From Phoronis australis (taxonomy: Eukaryota; Animalia; Phoronida): DNA of 64,000 nt. The stretch is taken from NCBI GenBank assembly GCA_002633005.1, contig NMRA01000710.1, positions 63,151 to 127,150 of the forward strand, given 5' to 3'. A program made the position numbers and the translations under genes. A model generated the notes under the pieces. It searched no databases and was not told where the DNA came from. It saw nothing but the letters and a program-made list of their open reading frames with translations. Below are positions 1 through 12,800 of this stretch, one piece after another (positions within the stretch are counted from its first letter, which is position 1; every line of letters starts with the position of its first letter).

Positions 1-501
1 TGTGCGAGCTGGGATAAGTTAATGACATCACCGTCCTCCTATGGTGTCATTCTATGGTCATAAGACACTTATATCAACAGGACTTTGATGGTTTAATCAG
101 TGTGAGGCTTAATTCACGAAAAGCCTTTTGCGTATGTATGCACGATAGAATGTCTACAGTGTCTCCTGGGGCCAGTTGAAACAGTGGTATGCTGTCTAGT
201 AGAGGGAGGGGGAAAGGCTTGAATTGTTTTAATTGCTGTTACGTTGTTACAAGTGGTACGTAAGCAAAAAGACTTTGGTGTCTGACCAAGTACTTGACTT
301 GACCAGTCAAAGGCTGACTGCCTCTAACTGGCATTAGACCGACTGTGTGTGTGTGTGTGAGGCCAAAATGTCACTGGGTTAAGCAGTTTTCTTTATTGTG
401 GTGGTCGAAACTTTGCAGGAAGTATGGTGCTTTATTGAAACCTAGGAAGCTAGGTCCATTTTCAAAGAACATGGTGTTAAAGTGAGTGATTCTATTTTCA
501 G

Positions 502-826
502 ATGTTTTACTAAAGGTTCTCAAGCCTCAGAATACAACATTTGTCTTGGCCAAAAATGGAAACAGATATTGGTTCGGAACTGTCGAGAACTTTTATTGAA
601 GCGGAATGCAGGATGGTCGGGCACATTACTACATCGATCTGTTCTAACTTGCCTTCCACTTATAGGAATCACTCTTTATGGATTCAGGCCTGTGTTATGT
701 CACAGTGAGCAAAACCGTTTAGTTGGACAGAAAGACATTGCATGCACTACAGATACAACATTTGATTGGAAGACATTTATTAAGTTTGTGCTCCCTGATG
801 TCTGGTACCTGCTGATAGCTATTGCT
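502..826 (+). CDS. ABCB8: ABCB8 coding exon (N-terminal region to first TM)
   Basis: tattttcag acceptor at 501, GCT|gtaagt donor; ...[22 protein letters not shown]; 5' boundary less certain. Confidence 0.75.
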
Positions 827-3800
827 GTAAGTGATACTGAGTATCTTCAATGGCATTATGTATTGATCATTGCCACTCAGTCTCATCACAGTGACTATGT
901 TCATTGTGTCACTCTTGTCTCATCATAGTAAGGTTGGGTGACTGTGTTCATTGTGTCACACCTGACTCATCATAGTAAAGTTGAATGACTATGTTTATTG
1001 TGTCACTCCTGTCTCATCATAGTAAGGTTGGGTGACTGTGTTCATTGTGTTACTCCTGTCTCATAGGAAGGTTGGGCGACTGTTTTCATTGTGTCACTCC
1101 TCTGTCATCATGGTAAGGTTGGGTGACTGTGTTCATTGTATGCAAGCTTACATTAATATTCTGCAAGTCCTTTGACAGTTCTTCTGTTTTCACATTGATT
1201 TGTTTGTAGCAAACTTTGGTTTCAACATCAAGTATCTTTAAAGTCCTTGAAGAAATGCTGTACTTTCAGTGCTGTGTATACAAACACCCGATTTTTCATT
1301 TTGAACAGCCATGCTCAGTTTAGTCTCGTCTCAAGCCTTAAGATGGCGGTGGTGGGTTTAATTATTTGAGGCTTGGTGAAGAGAAACTTAGTTGGCAGGA
1401 TTCTGACTAGTTTTTATGGAAATCTCCAGAATATCATTAGCGATGTGAAGTTATATGAACTCTGAATGACACAATATTACAATGAGTGATATTTATGTAG
1501 CGATTGAGTTTTAGATCATTAACAGTAATTAAATTATACAATAATCACAATGGGTGGTATTAATTCAGCAATCTAGGTTTAGATCAGAAAAAATAATGTG
1601 TTTCATTTCAAAAGCAGTGTTGCTTTGAAACAACAAATTGACAACAAGTACACGAACACATTTTATTTCAAATAATAACCAAAGTAGTTCCTTCTGCTTC
1701 TGAATCACAACACCTGTGAAAATAGTTGAAATCTGGGATTTGATTTAGTTTTTGGGAAAAAAGTACTCAAATTTATCATATGAAAGAAGTAAGAAGAAGA
1801 ATGTTCACGATGTTGGAGTGAAGACTCCTAATGCACTGCTCCCCCTGGTGGATAAATATTTATCTATTCAGAGATTCGTATTGGATAAATATCTATTCAG
1901 AGATTCGTACTGGAAGGTTTTTTGTGTTGCTCTTGTCAGTGAATGTCATCTATGGCCAATCAGCACACACAAGGGATATTTCCTCACTAACCCTCAAATG
2001 GCTAAACCAATCATCTTGAGGCTTGGGGATGAGGCTGTGCTCCCTTTTAAGCAGCCCCCCTCATTTCATAGTAATGTAATCGACTTCCTTTGATAGTGTG
2101 TTTTGCATGCTTCTCATCAGAATTTTGTTTCCCAAAATTGCATACAGTTCACAACTGTGTTACAAACAGACAGTTGGGCAGTGAAATATCCATTTTACTT
2201 CATGTTTGTGAAATGATTCTTAATTGACCTGTGCTCACCCAAATATTGCATTCTAATTCTGTGAGCAAAAATGGTGACAGTATTTGTATAAAGAATTTTC
2301 TTACTATATTATTCAATCTGTGTTTGTTCCTTTTTTCTAGAGTGCCATGATTGTTGCTGTTCTCAACATACACATTCCTCTAGTGCTTGGTGAAGTTATC
2401 AACACATTAAGTAACTTGAAGAATGAGGATGGAGCTGAGGTGATGAGTCAGTTGAAACAGCCTGCTCTCAAACTGCTCTCTATGTATGGTACGCAGGTAT
2501 GCTGTTATATTTATCTCAAACTGCTCTCTGTGTATGGTGCGCAGGTATAGTGTATTGTATTTATCTCAAACTGCTCTCTATGTATGGTGCTCAGGTATGC
2601 TGTTATATTTATCTCAAACTGCTCTCTGTGTATGGTGCGTAGGTATGGTGTAAGTATTTATCTCAAACAGCTCTCTATGTATGGTGCGCAGGTATGGTGC
2701 GCTGGTATGGTGTTATATATTTATTTCAAACTGCTCTCTATGTATGGTGCGCAGGTTTAGTGTAAGTGTTTATCTCAAACTGATCTACATGTATGGTGCA
2801 CAGGTATGGTGTTGTATTGATCTCAAACTGTTCTCTAGGTATGGTGCGCAGGTATAGTGTTTTATTTATCTGTGGCTTTTCTCTATGTATGGTACACTGG
2901 TATATTATTGTATTTATCTGAGACTGTTCTCTATGTATGGTGCACAAGGCATTGTGTTAAAACAGAAGGAAATCACAACATTAATTACATAAAATTCTAA
3001 ACTTCACACACCAATTGGACGTAGTGGCAGTGAATTGCAGATTGTTAATGAAAAGTAAATGTTTTTTGCTGTTGTTGTAGCCTTCTCTCTAACATACTTT
3101 GTTAAAGGTGTTTGTACTGCACTGTCCTTCAGCAACATACAAACAATTTCAAAGTTAAATGCAGATACATCAAATTATATGTAACCATTTGCGGATATAA
3201 TAGGTCACCACAAGGGAACAGCATACAAAGAATGACTGATTAGACTATGTTGAACATCGGTTTTGAACAGTCACATGGAACACTTTACAGAGGGTAGAAT
3301 GACTGATAATGCTATAGATATTGAACATTTGTGTTGAGCAATCACTCAAAACTTTACAAGGTAGAATGACTGACTGAGCTCTATTGAAAATAGGTATTGA
3401 ACAGTCACATGAAACACTTTACAACATAGAATGACTGATTGGGCTATATTGAATATTAGTATTGAGCAGTCGCACGAAACACTAATTTCAGCATAGAATG
3501 ATTTGATTAAACTGTATTGAACATTTTATTTGAATATTTGTATGAAGCTTCTGTTGAAGTTTGTACTTGGTGCTGGTGCCAAAGTAGTGAGTGTGTTGTA
3601 TGTAATGTATGAGTAAATGGTGGTTCTCTGGTTGACTTAGATGGAAGTCTGATATGTAATGTATAAGTAAATGGTGGTTCTCGGGTTGACTTAGATGGAA
3701 GTCTGACAATGAGTTTAACTAATGTTTAACATTTGACAGTTTATGACTTCAGTGTTGTTAGAGTGAAACTTTTAGACTATTGCTATGGCTAAATTTATAA

Positions 3801-6800
3801 GTGTTCTGGTTCAATGTAGGCCATTTGCAGAATTTATGATTCCTTATCTGCTAAAGAGGACTGTGGGCCTAGGGCAAATGCCCTCCAATACTGTTTGCAA
3901 GATCAAAATTGTAATCGGTTATTGTCAATGTCTACCAGGGTCTGCTGACATGTGCCTACATCTGGATGCTATCATGCACTGGTGAGAGAGTTGCAGCTAG
4001 AATGCGTAAAGCACTCTTCTCCAACCTACTTCAACAGGATGTCGAATTCTTTGACAAAAATAAAGTGGGCGAGCTTATCAACAGGTTGGTCTCCGTGTTC
4101 ATTGTAGTGAGCATTCATTTTTTCTCATTCAAGCTGCTTGCTGGTCAAACTGGGGTACTGAAACATTTTGTACGTGGATGGCAGGAATGTTCATCATTTT
4201 TGTTAAGGATGTGATCAATAGTTGGCATATGAAGCATTAAGGAAATCTTATTCACAAAATTTTTACATTTCACATGACTTGTCTTGCAAAATACTTTATT
4301 TTCAATCTCGGGGAACTTCAAATATCAGAGTAGCGAGAAAAAAAGATTTTGCTGAACCACCTTGGAACCGCACAAACTCGTGTATATTTGCTTACTACTT
4401 ATCCGAGGTCAAAGGTCACTCAACTCGAATCTCCCGCCAGGTACAGAGCAGTTTCGTATGTACGTGCATGCGACCGTTGAGAATGAATGCTACAAGTCGC
4501 CTCATGCCTCTGTGGTCATGAACACAGCAAGTTATGAAAAGAGATAATCCTCACACAAATTCCTTAATTCAAATAAGTGATTTGACATTTCACTATTTCG
4601 ATCTCATGCTTGCGACATGCTTTAACCATGCTTTAACTTGATATTTGTAATCCATTTCTTACTTACATGAAAATAATCGCAGGCGGTCTGTTACACCTTG
4701 TAAGAGACATGCGCAGGCCGTACATGCGGGCCCATTGTACTAATCACTTGGAACAATTTTTCTGCTTTATTAATATACCGGTATAGTTAAAACCGAGCTG
4801 AAGAGCTAGAGACCTGACTCAAGGGTTTAGCAGTGTGGCCCAGTGGGACTCGAACCCACGACCTCAAGTAAAGAAGGCAAACACCTAACACATCAGGCCA
4901 CACTGCCTCCTCCCATTCCTTACTTGGTTTCATGTCTGTCTCCTGGCATGTGATGTGTACAGATTATGTTAATAACAATGAACTTTGACCTACTTTTAAG
5001 TAGGTCACCGTTGGTCAACCCTCATGCCTAGTTTTGCAGTATTGTTACAAAAATGAATACTTTTATTTTTCACAAATATTGCTTACGTTTTGCGATTTGA
5101 TTTGTCATAGATACAAAATGAGAGGATTAATCAAAAATTCGTAATAGTATTTCTGAGGTAACTGGTGAAGCTATCATTTAAAAAAGTTTTGATTGAAATC
5201 GACTGAGGGGTTAATTTGCTATGAATGTACCTTAAGTTTCTTGAAAATAAAATTTTGACTTAAAAAGGTGTTAACTTAATAATAATAATAATAATAATTA
5301 TGGTACATAATTACAAAACATATCTTTTTTCCTGTAGAAAATATATACTTTTACTAGTCAACACAGCTTCGTTTTCTTGAGGTACGAGTTAGAATGGAGG
5401 CCACTTAATAAGTTTGGAGATAACCTTAATATGCTATGTGTTGCTCTATTAAGCCTCAAATTTATGAGTCATGTAACCTAGTGGTGGTCTTCATAAGTTG
5501 AGACTCTGGATAGAAAGCTAAAGATTCCAATGTCAAGGTCAGGAAAGAGTCTGTTGACTTCATGGACAAAATGGAGGTTTTTAGTCACTTTCATATTTGA
5601 ATATATGTGCATCGCCAGTTGTGTTATGCACAGGATGCATACTGTCACAACAACACAGTGAAAACTTTGAAGGAAGCCAGAATCCTTATGCACCAGTCAG
5701 CTTAAGCTAAGCATTAACATTTCAGGTCGCAATAAAAAAATCATCGCCTAAAGTAACATACTCTGTCTCACAGATTCCCAAATTGAAAATTACTGTAAAC
5801 AGTCCTACATATTATTTGTTACGTTAGTTGGCATTTTGAATCACAATTCGCAGTATGTGTCCTATACCTCCAGAATTGAGTAAAATTTTAGTAGTTGATA
5901 ATCAAAATTGTGTACATTTTTATCTCCATTTTTTCAGACTGACCACCGACGTTCAGGATTTCAAGAGTTCATTCAAGTTGTGCATCTCTCAGGGCTTAAG
6001 AGCAGTCACCCAGGTTCAGTGTGTTTAATTAATATTTACATGCTACCAACTCATTGTATCAGTTAGCTTGTGTCAGAACACGATAGCTGCTCCTTGACTC
6101 CACAACTGTGTATCATATATCTGTAGTTGGTTTATTGGTTCATGCATGTTTACAGCTTTCTCATTGGCTGTACTTCGGGAGCAAGTTTTTGAATATGCAA
6201 AATTGATTGAGCACTTTATTTTCTGTTGAAAGTAGAGTTTTATTCCAAAGATATGAACATAACGGAATGAAAACTGTGAACAATAAAAAGTGTCGTGTGT
6301 TCAATCAATTCAGCTCTCTCATTCCACAATTGTGTATCATTTAGGTACTATACAAGACAAGAAAATAATCAGACAAAATACCATTTTCTTGTCATGGTCA
6401 CTAAATTGTGTTATTAGAAAACTGGCAATATCTATTAGAGTGGCAAAATTCTATATTACAAAATTGCTAACACCTACCAAACTTGTGTTGTGTGCTAACA
6501 GTTAACAAGCTCATTGTATTGGTGCTCATATACTGACTACCTGTTGTAGCTGGTTACATTTTTCACATTTTTTATATTTTTCACATTAAAGTCAATTTTC
6601 ACCACAGCATTAGGAAAACGTGTGTTTGATAAATTTTGCTTGTCTATATGTGGCAACCCTTTTACTGCGTTCTATCACTTTGAAATTAAGTGTTCATGTT
6701 CGTCTAAAAGTAACGCGATAATCTAAAAGTGTTTAAAACCACTACTACTGGCTGTGGTGTATCGCAGCTTGTTATTTGTCTTCAACTCATGGCTGTGTTG

Positions 6801-9800
6801 CATCACTGCTTGTTATTTGTCTTCAGACTACTTGCTGTGTCGTAGGCTGTGTTGTATCACTACTTGTTATATGTGTTCAGACTACTGGCTGTATTGTGTC
6901 ACTGCTTGTTATTTGTCTTCAGACCCCTGGTTGTGTTGTATCACTGCTTTTTAGTTGTCTTCAGTCTACTGGTGTGTTGTATCACTGCTTGTTATTTGTC
7001 TTCAGACTACTGGCTGTGTTGTATCACTGCTTGTTATTTGTCTTCAGACTGCTGGCTGTGTTATGTCACTGCTTGTTATTTGTCTTCAGTCTGCTGGTGT
7101 GTTGTATCACTGCTTGTTATTTGTCTTCAGGCTACTGGCTGTGTTGTTTCACTGCTTGTTATTTGTCTTCAGACTGCTGGCTGTGTTATGTCACTGCTTG
7201 TTATTTGTCTTCAGTCTACTGGTGTGTTGTATCACTGCTTGTTATTTGTCTTCAGTCTACTGGCTGTGTTGTATCATTGGTTGTTATTTGTCTTCAGACT
7301 ACTGGCTGTGTTGTATCATTGCTTGTCATTTCTCCACGTTTGACGGTTGTCATGATGGTGGTCTTGCCCACGGTGATTCTGATTGGCTCGTTGATGGGCA
7401 GTCAGTTACGCAGAATGTCAAAGGAAGCATCCAATCAGGTATTTTTAGTTCTTGTCTGTATCTTGATTCATTTTTGAACATGCAAAATATTGAGTAGTGT
7501 ACACTCTCATCATGAAGCTTTCATTTAGTGTTTGAAGATGACTGATTTACTATTATGTATTCCACTTATTCAACTTATAATACTTACTAAACGTAATTAC
7601 CCTCAAATTTATTCATAGCTAAATTGCACAAAGTCATTTTTCATCATGTTACACAGTGCCTAAATGATGGTAGATAATGACTACATGGTATTGCACAGTG
7701 ACTTCATGATGTTACAAGGACAGCAAGATACTTGATGTGATGCTACACGGGAATGATGACATTACAGTCAGGGACTATGTGATGTTATACAGTGACTACA
7801 TGATGTTACACACAGACTACATGATGTTACATGGTGACTATGTGATGTTACACAGTCAGGGACTGTGTGATGTTACACAGGGATTACACGATGTTCCACT
7901 GTGACTACATGGTATTACACTGTGACTGTGACAGTGTTTTTACAATGTAGTTGAATGATGTGAATGCATTCTGTTGTAGATAGCCAAGTCTACCTCTGTT
8001 GCTGATGAAGCTTTAGGTAATGTCCGCACAGTCAGGGCATTTGCTATGGAAATCAAGGAAATTGAGTGAGTACTAACAAGACTTTTCCTTAAAGACAAGA
8101 CATGTTGTAATTTGGATATTTGTGTTTACTGAACCTAGTTTGTGTCGTATATGTTTGCTGTGAGGATACTGATGTTTTGCAAGTCATTCGAGTAGCCTTC
8201 ACTGGAAAGTGATTGTGGAGTTACTCAGATTCCTGATATGTCTCATTACTGATCACCATTGTTGATCGTGCCTCAGTGCTCATCTCTATTGTGGATCATG
8301 TCTGTCTAATGATCACCATTGTTGATCATGTCTCACTACTGATCACCATTGCTGATTATGCTTCACTACTGATCTCTGTTGTTGATCATTTCTCACTGCT
8401 GATCACCATTGTGGATCTTGTCTCACTACTGATCACCATTGCTGATTATGCTTCACTTCTGATCTCTGTTGTTGATCATTTCTCACTGCTGATCACCATT
8501 GCTGATCATGCCTCATTACTGATCTCTATTGTTGATCATGTCCCACTACTGAATACCTTTCGCTGATCATGTATCATCATCGTTGATCATTTCTCACTGC
8601 TGATAGCCATTGTTGATCATGTCTCACTACTAATCATCATTGTTGATCATTTCTCACTAATGATCGCCATTGTTGATCATGTTTCATTGCCTCCTACTCA
8701 CCTGCCATTGTGGCAATTTGTGGTTGAAGTTAATTGGTTGATATATTGTTTTTCTTGGAAAAAAATGGTATTGATATGTCATTTTCGAGACCGGAATTTG
8801 TGATTAATATGATTGGATATGCGTAAGATTGCTCATAAAATTATCTTGATATTGCTTCAACTATGATGTTTAACATCCACAGGATAAAAGTAAACTGTTC
8901 ATTTTCACAGGTTGTATAACAGTGAAGTAGACAAAGGCTGCTATCTTAGTGAAAAGTTGGGCTTTGGAATTGGTGTCTTCCAGGGGCTCTCTAATTGTTT
9001 TCTGAACTGTAAGTGTCAGTTGACTGTTGTATGCAGCAGTGATAATTAACAGGGCTGTCTATTGTTTGGTACACAACTATCTGTGAATTGGTGTGAGTGT
9101 GATTAAATCTGTTTAAAACACAGATGTGCATGGGCTGTGGCACCACTAGCACATGAGTGTCGTGTTCATGTTAATTAGGCACACAACTCTACATGGGCTG
9201 TGTCACCACTAATGCATTAGTGTCCAGGTCATGTTAACTAGGCACACAACTCTACATGGGCTGTGTCACCACTAATGCATTAGTGTCCAGGTCATGTTAA
9301 CTAGGCACACAACTCTACATGGGCTGTGTCACCACTAATGCATTAGTGTCCAGGTCATGTTAACTAGGCACACAACTGGACATGGGCTCTGGCACTACGT
9401 GATTTCATTCACCTGTAAAATATGAAATTTGTTAAACTTTGTATTATTTAAGAAAATACTTCTCGTGTGAGATTATTGTCAAACATAGTTCACAATTCCA
9501 GCCACTTAATATAACAGGAAGCATAGTTTTTGTGAGATAAATTACAAAAATAATTGGAAACCACCTCTTTTCCCAGCATGCATTTAAATCAGTGTTGAGA
9601 CTTTGTTGTACAACACATCTTGATTATCTAATTACAATATCCCCAACTATATGGAATTGGTTGGTGCCCAGCATATTTAGGTCTTAGCTAATTACACAAG
9701 GCTCTGGCAGACGATTGTGTGTTGGAAATATCATGGTTAAGTAATAGCATGTGTCAATGTCCTTTCAAAATACAGTCACCAAAACATTTTTCATCCCAAA

Positions 9801-12800
9801 ATAATTATGTAGCTAAAGAAAATCTTATAACTCAGCATGTACCATGTTTGAGGTGACGTAATGCGTCAAGGGTTCAGTGCATCAGGGGTTTGCTGCATTA
9901 AGGGTTCGCTGCTTCAAGGGTTCGCTGCGTCAAGGATTCGCTGCATCAAGAGTATACTGGATCAAGGGTTTGCTGCATCAAGGGTTCGCTGCATCAAGAG
10001 TTTGCTGCATCAAGGGTTCGCAGCTTCAAGGGTTTGCTGCGTCAAGGGTTCGCTGCATCAAGAGTATACTGGATCAAGGGTTCAATGCTTTCTGATGTAG
10101 ACGGTTTTGCGTCTGCAGAATCCAACCAAAAGTCTTGGTTCAATCATGGAGTTATAATTTAAAAATCTCAGTTCAACGAACTGAAGTCATGTTCGAATGT
10201 GACTAATTATAAGTGTTAGTCATGACTAACCAAGGATCGAGGTGCCACCTTTCAATCTATCAGTTATTTTTAAAACTTGATAATTATGTAACTTGGTCAT
10301 TATAATTCTGTTGGCCTGAACCTGGCTGATATTGATTTTGAGCAGTTTTGAACATTGATACAGTCACCAGATATTCCTGAAATTTTTCCTGATAAAACTT
10401 AAATTTATGTGGGAGGGAACATATCTTGCCCATTTTTGGCCATTACAGCTTGAGCATTAGGGGCAATTTTAGGTCTAGTTTTGTAAGCATCCATTTTAAT
10501 TCATCTCTCTATTTTCCAATAGGGGTTCTGCAATAGTGAGGATGACTAGCAATGATTATTGGATGAATCTAACAGCTGCAGTGTCTCCTAGTGGTAGTTT
10601 GAATTTTGTTTGTGTCAATGCCAACATTTCCTAAGGTTATGTTTACAAGTTTTTGACTGACGATCACTGTACCCTGCAGACAAACGTATCAGTGATAAAA
10701 GCATTTCTCACAATGTATCAGTGATATAAGCATTTCTCACAATGTATCAGTGATATAAGCATTTCTCACAATGTATCAGTGATATAAGCATTTCTCACAA
10801 TGTATCAGTGATATAAGCATTTTTCACAATGTATCAGTGATATAAGCATTTCTCACAATGTATCAGTGATATAAGCATTTTTCACAATGTATCACTGATA
10901 TAAGCATTTTTCACAATGTATCAGTGATATAAGCATTTCTCACAATGTATCAGTGATATAAGCATTTTTCACAATGTATCAGTGATATAAGCATTTCTCA
11001 CAATGTATCAGTGATATAAGCATTTCTCGCAATGTATCAGTGATATAAGCATTTCTCGCAATGTATCAGTGATATAAGCATTTCTCACAATGTATCAGTG
11101 ATATAAGCATTTCTCACAATGTATCAGTGATATAAGCATTTCTCACAATGTATCAGTGATATAAGCATTTCTCGCAATGTATCAGTGATATAAGCATTTT
11201 TCACAATGTATCAGTGATATAAGCATTTCTCACAATGTATCAGTGATATAAGCATTTTTCACAATGTATCAGTGATATAAGCATTTCTCACAATGTATCA
11301 GTGATATAAGCATTTTTCACAATGTATCACTGATATAAGCATTTTTCACAATGTATCAGTGATATAAGCATTTCTCACAATGTATCAGTGATATAAGCAT
11401 TTTTCACAATGTATCAGTGATATAAGCATTTCTCGCAATGTATCCGTTCTATAAGCATTTCTCACAATGTATCAGTGATATAAGCATTTCTCGCAATGTA
11501 TCCGTGCTATAAGCATTTCTCGCAATGTATCAGTGATATAAGCATTTTTCACAATGTATCAGTGATATAAGCATTTCTCGCAATGTATGCCTGGCTCACA
11601 TGCCTATCCCAGAGCACTGCTAGTACTGTTAAGTCTAAAGGAAGCTGTCTGATTACAGTGAATCTCTACATTCATTGGCACACTGCTGTGTCCCTTGATG
11701 CACAAATAACCGAAGAAGAAACAAAGTGTTGCCATTTCATCCATTTCAATCTAAATGAAAGAATTAATAAGACAGTCTGTGGCTAGTAAAGACTCCTCAA
11801 TATGAGAGGCAAAGTTTGCAAGTCTTATTATTACACTCTCAATATCAGCTGTAGTCAAGTCTAGTGTATCACCAGTGGCCGTGACACTTGAATTATAGTA
11901 ACTTTCAATCACACCATTACCTAGCAGTACATTGAACTTTCTCAAAAGGTAAAATGCATGTTCTGCGGAATCTAAAGAAAATGACTAACCTTGAGTGTTC
12001 CACAAATTTCTCAAAAACGGTGACCTCACTGACTGCTTCAGTTGTCAGGCTGGACTGAAGAGTTATATAGATTTGTTTATATTACAGAAAACTGCCTTCT
12101 TAAGGTGATGAATGAATGTTTTCACCGCCAAAACAAGCAGCCATGCAATGATGCAAACAGTACTTCACCTGGCTATCATAATTTTTACTCACTTTAAACT
12201 GTTTTGAATCTGACAGACTTTTACGGCTATGAAAGGTTCATGTCTATCACGCACATGTACATGTTCACTTAGTTTACACACATGTATTGTGTGAATAGTG
12301 TATAACTACTTGCTGTTATGGGAAGTTATATAGTAGCAGAGTTGGCCAGCACAGAGGAGGCTATATATTAGCAGAGTTGGCCAGTACAGAGGAGGCTATA
12401 TATTGGCAGAGTTGGCCAGTACAGAGGAGGCTATATATTGGCAGAGTTGGCCAGTACAGAGGAGGCTATATATTGGCAGAGTTGGCCAGTACAGAGGAGG
12501 CTATATATTGGCAGAGTTGGCCAGTACAGAGGAGGCTATATATATTGGCAGAGTTGGCCAGCACAGAGGAGGCTACATATAGGCAGAGTTGGCCAGTACA
12601 GAGGAGGCTATATATATTGGCAGAGTTGGCCAGTACAGAGGAGGCTATATATTAGCAGAGTTGGCCAGTACAGAGGAGGCTGCCATGACTGTAAATATTG
12701 TTTGCCTCATTTTCGATTTCCTCTTAATATTCTTGAGGTAATATTAAGAAAGGTCTATTGTTCTTAATGTTAGGTGCTGATATTATCATGTTATAACATG

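Noticed and set aside
4830-4910. Possible tRNA gene
   Set aside because: A and B boxes are present but there is no clean cloverleaf, and it continues into a repeated SINE body that has a poly(A)-tailed copy at 61.2 kb.
6754-7497. Long Cys-rich ORFs in three frames
   Set aside because: They are translations of the 41-42-bp repeat; only 7298-7438 is a real exon.
10686-11588. Regular 29-bp repeats resembling a CRISPR array
   Set aside because: The units are contiguous with no unique spacers, there are no cas genes, and it lies in a eukaryotic intron. It is a minisatellite.
11590-12180. Possible decayed coding fragment on - (ORF 11751-11945)
   Set aside because: No family motif I can support; it would need BLASTX.
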